The position numbers were made by a program, and so were the translations under genes. The notes beneath the pieces are model-generated. The model saw nothing but the letters and a program-made list of their open reading frames with translations. It was not told where the DNA came from and made no database searches. This document shows, piece after piece, positions 41,522-49,473 of a DNA stretch of 64,000 nucleotides (position 1 is the first letter of the stretch; every line of letters starts with the position of its first letter). The stretch is from positions 85,772 to 149,771 of the forward strand of contig JAFWDK010000009.1 in NCBI GenBank assembly GCA_017513085.1, in the 5' to 3' direction. Source of the DNA: Clostridiales bacterium (GTDB lineage: Bacteria; Bacillota; Clostridia; Saccharofermentanales; Saccharofermentanaceae).

Positions 41522-42337
41522 ATGAGCATCGGAAGTAACATCAGAAGAATGCGAGAAGAGCGCAAGCTCACTCAAGAACAGGTTGCAGATCAGTTGGACG
41601 TTACTTTTCAGGCGGTATCGTCATGGGAGAGGGACGAATACAGACCGGATACCGAAAAACTGATCAGACTGGCAAAACTCTTCGATGTCTCCGTCTCCGC
41701 GCTGGTGGAAGAACGAAGGAGCTTTTTCAGGACGAAAGAAACTATCTACGACTGGCAGCACATGAAGACATATGTAAAAGCAACGGCGAAGACGCTTGCT
41801 TTGAAAGATACTCTCAAGGCGGTCGACTATGCGGTTGAAGCGCATAAGGACCAGAAGAGAAAGAAATCGGATGTGCCGTATATCTATCACCCGCTTAATA
41901 TGGCCTGCCATGTTTTATCGATGAGTATTACGGATGATCAGGTGATTGCGGCATGTCTTCTCCACGATGTGATCGAAGACTGTGGCAAGAGCCTTGATGA
42001 CCTTCCTGTAAGGAATGAGACGCGCGAGATCGTTCGGCTTCTCAGTCATGTGAAAACGACAGATGAGAACCGTGATGAAATCATGACGGCTTATTACGAA
42101 GGGATTGCCTCCGATCCCAAAGCGGCCCTGGTCAAATGTGTTGACAGGTGCAATAACATTACGACGATGTGCTGGGGATTGCGCCGGGAACGGATCTATC
42201 GCATGATCAAAGAAACCGAGCAATACTTCCCGTTGTTACTCGATGTGATCAAGGCGGAATCAGCTTTTAACAATGCCGCATGGCTTCTGAAATATCAGAT
42301 GGAAAGCATGCTCGAGATCTATAAACGGCTGATGTGA
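41522..42337 (+). CDS. XRE helix-turn-helix fused to a RelA/SpoT-type HD hydrolase (small alarmone hydrolase-like)
   Basis: LTQEQVA...QAVSSWE...P; AHKDQKRK, PYIYHP, LLHDVIED, VKCVDRCNN. Confidence 0.88.
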   Translation: MSIGSNIRRMREERKLTQEQVADQLDVTFQAVSSWERDEYRPDTEKLIRLAKLFDVSVSALVEERRSFFRTKETIYDWQHMKTYVKATAKTLALKDTLKAVDYAVEAHKDQKRKKSDVPYIYHPLNMACHVLSMSITDDQVIAACLLHDVIEDCGKSLDDLPVRNETREIVRLLSHVKTTDENRDEIMTAYYEGIASDPKAALVKCVDRCNNITTMCWGLRRERIYRMIKETEQYFPLLLDVIKAESAFNNAAWLLKYQMESMLEIYKRLM

Positions 42338-42457
42338 TTTCAGAAGTTTGCTGCACTTATTCAGAGAAGCTTTTCCAGCTTTCCAGTTCTTTTACAAAAT
42401 ACGGATTGGTTCCGTTCTTGATCATTTCGATACGATCACAGATAATACACATACTTC

Positions 42458-42515
42458 TTGACAAAACGTTTCTACGACCTTACAATGTATCAAAATGATA
42501 TATCAAATTGATACA
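42458..42515 (+). promoter_or_regulatory. sigmaA promoter with tandem TATCAnnnTGATA operators (likely PadR autoregulation)
   Basis: TTGACA, 17 nt, TACAAT; then TATCAAAATGATA TATCAAATTGATA. Confidence 0.75.
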
Positions 42516-42529
42516 AGGAGTGAGTAGTA

Positions 42530-43026
42530 GTGAGACGTCAAAGAATCAGAGGGACGATACTGTTGATCTCTTTTCTGTTATTTCCGATAACGATATGGTA
42601 TTTTTCGCCTTATCTCATTATTCAGGCAATGTCGGAACATATTATGAACGGAAGTTTTTTTGTTTTTTCTGTGATGTTTGTAGCATCATTGTTCCTGGGA
42701 AGAGTCTTCTGCGGATATCTTTGTCCTGCGGGAGGCCTCCAGGAATGTGTTTCAAGATGTAACGACACATATGCTGGATGGCTCCGTTCATGGTCATCGG
42801 CAGTACGATAGGCAGAGCTCTTCATATTCCTCAGCTTCACATAGAAGCAAATGTGCAAAATTGTGTATCATGTAAAAGGTGTACGAGATCATGCCCCATG
42901 GGACTTGATGTTGCGCAGATGGTAAAGGACGGCAGGAATCACAATTGTAGCGAATGCACATTGTGTGGTGTATGCGTGGACGAGTGTCCGAAAAAAGTCC
43001 TTAAGTATAGTTGGAGGTGGCGGTAA
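42530..43026 (+). pseudogene. 4Fe-4S binding membrane protein with internal deletion and frameshift
   Basis: GRVFCGYLCPAGGLQE in one frame; CWMAPF and CxxCxxCxxxCP motifs in another; the expected central TM segment is missing. Confidence 0.8.
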
Positions 43027-43580
43027 TGGCAAAAGACCGAAAAATAGATATGGTGATATTGGGACTCCTGGCTCATGAAGACCGGACCGGCTACGATATA
43101 AAAAAGCAGATAGACGGAGGTATCCGGTTCTTTTGGAAAGGAAGCTTCGGAAGCATCTATCCGGCGCTTGCACAATTGGAAGAAGAAGGCAGTGTCAGAA
43201 GATCCGGGAGCAATGAGAACGGCGGCAGAGAAAAGATAGTATACAGTATAACCGACCAGGGTAAAGAAGTCCTCAAGGCCTGGCTTCGTGACGAGAAGTC
43301 GACCAATGATCTGAAGTATGAATCGATAATGAAGATATTCTTCGGCGGCGCGGAAGACAGAAAGATCACATTGCAAAATATCGATCTTTTCCAATCACAG
43401 ATCGAAGCGGATCTAAAGGTGCTTCAGTTCTATAAGAAAAACCTCGAGAAGGTCCTTGACCAGGAAGATCATATATATTTCTATCTGACGGTCATGTTTG
43501 GAATCAAATCCTATGAAGCATATCTCAGATGGTGTGCCGATTCGAAGAAGATTCTTTCTCAAAGAAGAAGAGGGGAGTAA
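43026..43580 (+). CDS. PadR family transcriptional regulator (long form)
   Basis: ILGLL..TGYDIKK, FWKGSFGSIYPAL, YSITDQG. Confidence 0.92.
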   Translation: MAKDRKIDMVILGLLAHEDRTGYDIKKQIDGGIRFFWKGSFGSIYPALAQLEEEGSVRRSGSNENGGREKIVYSITDQGKEVLKAWLRDEKSTNDLKYESIMKIFFGGAEDRKITLQNIDLFQSQIEADLKVLQFYKKNLEKVLDQEDHIYFYLTVMFGIKSYEAYLRWCADSKKILSQRRRGE

Positions 43581-43582
43581 AT

Positions 43583-44080
43583 ATGAGGACACTTGTAGTG
43601 TATTATTCGCTTGAAGGAAACACGCAATATGTTGCAGATAAGATCTGCGGCAGGATAGGTGCTGATAGTCTGAGACTTATTCCGGTCAAGCATTACAGCG
43701 ATAAAGGAGTAAGGAAATTCCTGTGGGGAGGAATGAGTGCGGTCATGAAGGAAAAGCCGGAACTTCAGGATCATGATGTGGATCTGTCGGCTTATGAATG
43801 TGTGATGATCGGGTTCCCGGTATGGGCAGGGACATTTGCTCCGCCGGTCCGGACTTTCGTTGAAGAAAACAGGGAGGCGCTCTCCGGAAAAGATATCGTT
43901 GTTTTCACGTGCCAGGCAGGCAATGGAGCCGAGAAAGCCATCGCGAAGTTTGAAAAACTCATCGAACCGCAGAGGATAAAGATGTCTGCGATCTTCGTCG
44001 ATCCGAAGAGCAAGCCGAGTATCGAGAAAGACAAGGAGATAGATGCTTTTGCGGATAAACTCGAGAAAAGCATGATCTGA
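43583..44080 (+). CDS. Flavodoxin family protein
   Basis: YYSLEGNT, GFPVWAG. Confidence 0.9.
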   Translation: MRTLVVYYSLEGNTQYVADKICGRIGADSLRLIPVKHYSDKGVRKFLWGGMSAVMKEKPELQDHDVDLSAYECVMIGFPVWAGTFAPPVRTFVEENREALSGKDIVVFTCQAGNGAEKAIAKFEKLIEPQRIKMSAIFVDPKSKPSIEKDKEIDAFADKLEKSMI

Positions 44081-44101
44081 ATCGATACAACTCTTACTGA
44101 T

Positions 44102-44129
44102 GCCGTAAACTTTGGTTTACGGCTTTTTT
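44102..44129 (+). terminator. Rho-independent terminator
   Basis: GCCGTAAAC-TTTG-GTTTACGGC followed by T6. Confidence 0.8.
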
Positions 44130-44787
44130 ATGCCAGCGAAAGAAGCAGTTGGGAAAGATTCTCTGCCAAGGCGCGGTGACCTTCTTCTGTGAGGTGAAGA
44201 GAATCTTCTTTCGACGGCACGACACAAGTTGCTGCATCGAAGAAGATGCAGTTTTTCGATGCTGCTACAGCATGGTAATATTCCGCAAACTGTTTGGATT
44301 CTTCGATGGACCGTGGCGCAAAAGCACCGGAGAACACGGAATTCGGCATATCTTCGCCAATGTGAGGCGGGGATACCAGTACGATCTTCGGAATAAATCC
44401 CTGCTTTTCCGCTGTGAATGATTGGATCGTGTCTACGAGGATTCCAGCGTTCTCGGCGATTTCGGGGGCGGAAAGATGAAAGACCTCTTTAAGGTCGTTG
44501 GTACCGAGCATGAGGATCACGATATCGACAGGCTTGTGTGAGTTCAGACAAGGTTTCAGGTAATCCAGACCGTTCTTCCAGCCTTCGACCGGATCATCGG
44601 TTACCGTGGTGCGTCCGTTACAACCCTCCTCAATAACCAGGTAAGGAGAGGCGGAAGAATCATTTGCATGCTGATCCAGCAAAGACTGCAAAAGACCTGT
44701 CCAGCGGATCTCTTTCGGGTATCGAAGACCTGTCTTCGGATCGTACCCATATGTGTTGGAATCGCCATAGCAAAGGATCGTTGTCAT
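44128..44787 (-). CDS. SGNH/GDSL hydrolase
   Basis: GDSNTYG, EEGCNGRTT, LGTND, DSLH. Confidence 0.93.
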   Translation of the reverse strand: MTTILCYGDSNTYGYDPKTGLRYPKEIRWTGLLQSLLDQHANDSSASPYLVIEEGCNGRTTVTDDPVEGWKNGLDYLKPCLNSHKPVDIVILMLGTNDLKEVFHLSAPEIAENAGILVDTIQSFTAEKQGFIPKIVLVSPPHIGEDMPNSVFSGAFAPRSIEESKQFAEYYHAVAASKNCIFFDAATCVVPSKEDSLHLTEEGHRALAENLSQLLLSLA

Positions 44788-44995
44788 AATATTCTCCTGT
44801 TTTAAGCAAGGCTCTTATATAAGCCTATATAAGATAATGACTTCATTATACATGACGGAAGCGTCAAATTAAGAAAGAATTAAGGATTTGGTAAGGTTCA
44901 TTTCAAGCATTTTGGCAGGAAGAAGGGTAGACTGGTATTGTCGAAAGTTTGATGAAACACAGTATTCAAGGGCCTTTGAATGATTTTTGAAAAAT

Positions 44996-45057
44996 CACAC
45001 AATATTGTATTGACACACAATATTATACGCCGTATAATATAGCCAACGATACAATAT
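44996..45057 (+). promoter_or_regulatory. Consensus sigmaA promoter overlapped by ACAATAT repeats (probable PadR operator)
   Basis: TTGACA (45010), 17 nt, TATAAT (45033); CACACAATATT at 44996 and 45014; ACAATAT at 45051. Confidence 0.75.
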
Positions 45058-45072
45058 GAAAGGAGAAATAGT

Positions 45073-45387
45073 ATGTTATTTCAATTAGGTTCTTCCTTAT
45101 TGGATGCTTGCGTACTGGCAGTCCTAACCAAAGGTGATGCGTATGGGTATACACTGACGCAGCAGGTTAAGACGGTACTGGATATTTCAGAGTCGACACT
45201 GTATCCGGTCCTACGCAGACTTCAGAAAGACTTTGCACTGGAAACTTACGACGAACCATATCAGGGTCGTAACCGAAGATATTACAGAATCACTGATCGA
45301 GGGCGAGAGCTTTATCAGTATTACTTAGAAGAATGGAACAAATACAAGGATTCCGTTGATTCATTATTAGGAGGGGCAGATAAATGA
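45073..45387 (+). CDS. PadR family transcriptional regulator (short form)
   Basis: DAYGYTL, SESTLYPVLRRL, GRNRRYYRIT. Confidence 0.93.
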   Translation: MLFQLGSSLLDACVLAVLTKGDAYGYTLTQQVKTVLDISESTLYPVLRRLQKDFALETYDEPYQGRNRRYYRITDRGRELYQYYLEEWNKYKDSVDSLLGGADK

Positions 45388-46187
45388 ATAAGGAAACATA
45401 TATACAGGATTTGAGAAAAGCACTGAAGATCCTGCCACAGTATGACCGTGATGAAGCGGTCGAGTTCTATGAAGAGTACTTCGATGAAGCAGGAGTTGAG
45501 AATGAGGCAAAGGTAATCGAGGAATTAGGTGAGCCCAAGGCCTTAGCCAAGAAGATCCTTGTGGATGTGGTCGATAAGAAGTACGAGCAGATCACAGGAA
45601 ATCAGAGCTCTATCAAAGCTTTGAATAATACTGAAAACACGGTTACCGAGATCGAGACTATTCCGAATCCGGGATCGCAGGTCACACCGGTCGTACCGGT
45701 TGCCGGATTTGAGGCAGGCACAGCGCAGCCGCAGATGGGTCAGGGCTTCCAGCAGGCTCCGGTTCAGCAGCCTGCTGCACAGGAAGAGAGAAAAGAGAAA
45801 GAGACATCCTCCATCAAGACACTTTGGATCGTTCTTGCAGCTATCTTTGCTCTTCCGCTTTCTCCGGTCGTATTCGCGCTTTTCATCGTGGCATGTGTCC
45901 TGATCATGGTACTTTACATCGTACTGGTCACATTCATCATTACGACATTTGCACTCATTATCGCCGGTGGTGTCACAGCTATTGTCGGTGTAGTCGCTCT
46001 CTTCCTCAACCCGATCGTTGGTATGTGCGTACTGGGTACAGGTTTAGCACTATTTGGTCTGGGCATCTTCGGAACAATTGGAACCATAGCACTTTTCCGT
46101 GTGTCTTCCAGAGGTCTTTCTCATCTCTTCGGCCGCATCGTGCATAAGAAGAATAGAAAGAATAAAGCGAAGCAGGCAATGGCATAA
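45384..46187 (+). CDS. DUF1700 (HAAS) domain membrane protein
   Basis: MNKETYIQDL..L..YEEYFDEAG..ELGEP; C-terminal TM hairpins. Confidence 0.88.
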   Translation: MNKETYIQDLRKALKILPQYDRDEAVEFYEEYFDEAGVENEAKVIEELGEPKALAKKILVDVVDKKYEQITGNQSSIKALNNTENTVTEIETIPNPGSQVTPVVPVAGFEAGTAQPQMGQGFQQAPVQQPAAQEERKEKETSSIKTLWIVLAAIFALPLSPVVFALFIVACVLIMVLYIVLVTFIITTFALIIAGGVTAIVGVVALFLNPIVGMCVLGTGLALFGLGIFGTIGTIALFRVSSRGLSHLFGRIVHKKNRKNKAKQAMA

Positions 46188-46259
46188 AGAATTACGAAAA
46201 AACACAAGCGCGTGCTCCACAAAAACACAAACTGCACGCATTCTTAGGAGGCAAATACT

Positions 46260-47168
46260 ATGAAATCATTTACTAAAGTTGCACTGATCACAGCGGGAAT
46301 CACACTCTCAGCAGGTATTGCGCTTACCACGATCGGAATGATCGCCAATAAAGGCAAGCCGATGTCTGTGTACTTTGATAACGGTCTTAAAGTCACCGAT
46401 GAAGTTAAGTGCGTCGAGAAGCCGAAGACTAAGGTGGACAGCTTCAAGGACATCCTGATCGATGTAAGTGCAGCGGATATTCACCTGATCGAAAACGACG
46501 AAGATGCTTTTGCTGTGGAATACAAGTTCGAGGCGGATGAGGAGATCTGTGAAGTCAAGGATGATAAACTGACGATCAAGTCGCAGAAGTCGTTCTTCCT
46601 CACATTCTTCAACTTCCACATTACGAGAGAAGACTACTACGTGAACGTCTATTACCCGAAGGGAACCGAATTCAACATCGTTGATCTGGACACCAGTGCC
46701 GGTGATGTCGAGATCGTGGATGATTTCACATGTTCCAGACTGACTCTTGATCTGTCTGCGGGTGATGTTGAACTGAAGCACGTAAAAGGCGACCTGGACG
46801 TAGATATGTCTGCAGGAAGTTTTAAAGCAGAAAAGTGCGACTTCGGTAAGAGCATCTTCGATCTTTCCGCAGGTGACGTGGACCTCTATTACTGCACCGT
46901 CGGTGGTGGCGAAGTGGATATGAGCGCAGGTGATTTTACCGCGAAAGACCTGATCCTTTCGGCCAGCATGGATATGGATCTTTCCGCCGGTGACGTAGGA
47001 ATTGAATTCTTAGAAGGCCAGAAGATCGGTTACGAATTTGACATTTCTGCCGGATCGGCGAAGATCAATGGCGAGAAGCGCGGCGACGAATACACCGACA
47101 AGAATGGCTGCGACATCGTTCTGACTATTGACCTTTCTGCAGGAAATGTAGACATTACAAACAGATAA
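46260..47168 (+). CDS. DUF4097 (Toastrack) beta-strand repeat protein
   Basis: N-terminal TM; repeated D(L/M)SAGDV units. Confidence 0.88.
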   Translation: MKSFTKVALITAGITLSAGIALTTIGMIANKGKPMSVYFDNGLKVTDEVKCVEKPKTKVDSFKDILIDVSAADIHLIENDEDAFAVEYKFEADEEICEVKDDKLTIKSQKSFFLTFFNFHITREDYYVNVYYPKGTEFNIVDLDTSAGDVEIVDDFTCSRLTLDLSAGDVELKHVKGDLDVDMSAGSFKAEKCDFGKSIFDLSAGDVDLYYCTVGGGEVDMSAGDFTAKDLILSASMDMDLSAGDVGIEFLEGQKIGYEFDISAGSAKINGEKRGDEYTDKNGCDIVLTIDLSAGNVDITNR

Positions 47169-47445
47169 TCTTCTTACATAAATACCCTCTATATAACCTT
47201 TACGTCCGCTCCCGGTCTTTACTCCAACCAACAAAAACCGTGGCCGGGAGTGGCGTGGGTTAACCTTAACTAATTCCCTGACCTAAAAACAAAAACATGA
47301 AAAACAGACTTTGCTGAAGAGCATGGTCTGGTTTACTGCGGCCTGAAATCTGAAAAAGGAACCAAGGTCTGGTTCAGTGCGGCAAAAAACACAAAAAAGG
47401 GAAGAGCGGTATCAAAAATGAGTTTACATACAGGAGAAAAAACAC

Positions 47446-49470
47446 ATGAAGTTCAATAAAAAGATCCTTTCCGTGCTGATCGCACTTGGTATCACGGCAA
47501 GCATGACGATGCCTCTGTACCTGACCGGTTGTGCACAGAAAGAAACGGAAGAAACGACTGTTGCTGCAGATCTGAATGATTCCGGTAAAAAAGAAAAGAC
47601 GAATACAGAGGCGGAGCCGATCCGTCCGGAAGACGATTTTTATGGTTATGTCAACGCGGAAAACATCCGCCAGCTCGAGATCGATCCGAAGTACGGCATG
47701 GCCGGTTCGTTCTTTGACTGCGAAGTCAAAAAGGAAGATCAACTGGATCAGGCAATCGAGGCGATCGCCACATCAAGGGATGCATTTGCACCAGGTACAA
47801 ATGAGCAGATGATCCACGATTACTATCACCAGGTGAAAGATTTCGATGTCGACAAGAGTGTTGCAAATGAGGAAATCGAAGGAGTCGTCAAAGAGATCTT
47901 CGCAATCAAGAGCCATTCGGAGCTTTTGGCTTACGCCGGAAAAATGATCGTCAAATATGCCGTGGATCCTTTCTTCGGATTCTCGATCGGGGATGCGGTG
48001 GAAGATCCGGAAGAGTATACGATGATGTTTGAAGGCTGCGGACATATCCTGGGCGTTTCCTTCGAGGATATAAGAGAAGGTGAAGAAGCCCGATTCCAGC
48101 TGGATCATCAGGTCATCGACATGCTTCGGTCCTTCGGTTTTTCGGACGAAGAGGCAAAGTCGAGAGCGGAAGAACTGACCAGACTGGGGATCGATCTTTC
48201 CGTCAACTACGAACGATCGCATTTTGCTATCGAGCAGATCAAAATGTATTCTGATGATGAAATGGCTTCCCATCTTGATGCCGGAGCGCTGGTCCGCGCT
48301 ATCGGGTTTGAAAATCCGTACGGACGATGGTGTGCGGTAAACGGAAGAGTATTTGAAGACTTTGCTTCGAAATTCAATGACGATAAATATCTCGAATCGT
48401 TTAAGACCTGGCTGGCGATGGCTATGGTGCAGCAGTATCAGAACTATCTGTCCGCGGAACACGACGATATCGATAACCTCTTAGGAAAGAACACACTTTC
48501 CAAAGATGAATTTGCCAAGCAGATGGTCAAAGCCACACTGGAAGAGCAGCTTGGTGAAGTATATGTTGAGTATTTCTATTCAGAAGAAACGGATAAGAAA
48601 GTCCGAGAAATGTGTGAGCAGATCCGTCAGTCGTATCGTGAAGTGATCAGTAATGCGGACTGGCTCAGTGAAGAAGCGCGTGCCGGTCTTCTCCGGAAAC
48701 TGGAAAACATCAAGTTTATCACCGCGCTTCAGGAAAAGAGAAAAGTTGATCCGGATGATGCCGGTCTTTTCGGTAAAGACGCATGGGAAACCACGAAGAA
48801 CTTTGTTGCAACAGGCTGGAAAAGAAGCATCGATGCACTTTCTCAGCCACGTCCGAAACAAGGACAGAGCATGAGTCCGCAAACGGTAAACGCCTGCTAC
48901 TGGGTGGACAATGTGGTGTGTATCACGGCGGCGATCGTTACCGAACCATTTTTCTCCGTAGATGCAGATCCGAATGCCAACCTCGGCGGTCTGGGTATGG
49001 TCATCGGTCACGAGGTCGGACATGCCTTTGATTCCCAGGGCTTGAACTGGGATGAAAACGGTGTTTTTGATCCGGAATGGATCAGTAAGGAAGACCGTGA
49101 TGTACTGGCCGAACGTGCGAAAGCCTGCATCGAATACTACGACGGATACACGATCATGGATGTGTACCATGTTGACGGCGCACTGACCCTTGCCGAAAAC
49201 TACGCGGACCTGGGTTCCATGCAGATCATTACGAACATCGCCAAAACAAAAGAAGAACGGCAAGTGCTTTTCGAAAACTATGCAAGGATCTGGAGAGGAT
49301 TAGAGAGCGATGTGTACGCGATCATGCTCTTGAAGCAGGATGGGCATAGCCCGGCTAACGTACGAGTCAATGCTGTCTTAAGTTCATGCGAAGCATTCTA
49401 CGAAACATATGAGATCAAGGAAGGGGACGGCATGTTCGTTCCGGAAGAGAAGAGAGTGAGCAGGTGGTAA
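47446..49470 (+). CDS. M13 family metallopeptidase, predicted lipoprotein
   Basis: LTGC lipobox; DDFYGYVN, VNACY, GHEVGHAFD, ENYAD, HSP..RVN. Confidence 0.92.
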   Translation: MKFNKKILSVLIALGITASMTMPLYLTGCAQKETEETTVAADLNDSGKKEKTNTEAEPIRPEDDFYGYVNAENIRQLEIDPKYGMAGSFFDCEVKKEDQLDQAIEAIATSRDAFAPGTNEQMIHDYYHQVKDFDVDKSVANEEIEGVVKEIFAIKSHSELLAYAGKMIVKYAVDPFFGFSIGDAVEDPEEYTMMFEGCGHILGVSFEDIREGEEARFQLDHQVIDMLRSFGFSDEEAKSRAEELTRLGIDLSVNYERSHFAIEQIKMYSDDEMASHLDAGALVRAIGFENPYGRWCAVNGRVFEDFASKFNDDKYLESFKTWLAMAMVQQYQNYLSAEHDDIDNLLGKNTLSKDEFAKQMVKATLEEQLGEVYVEYFYSEETDKKVREMCEQIRQSYREVISNADWLSEEARAGLLRKLENIKFITALQEKRKVDPDDAGLFGKDAWETTKNFVATGWKRSIDALSQPRPKQGQSMSPQTVNACYWVDNVVCITAAIVTEPFFSVDADPNANLGGLGMVIGHEVGHAFDSQGLNWDENGVFDPEWISKEDRDVLAERAKACIEYYDGYTIMDVYHVDGALTLAENYADLGSMQIITNIAKTKEERQVLFENYARIWRGLESDVYAIMLLKQDGHSPANVRVNAVLSSCEAFYETYEIKEGDGMFVPEEKRVSRW

Positions 49471-49473
49471 AAA

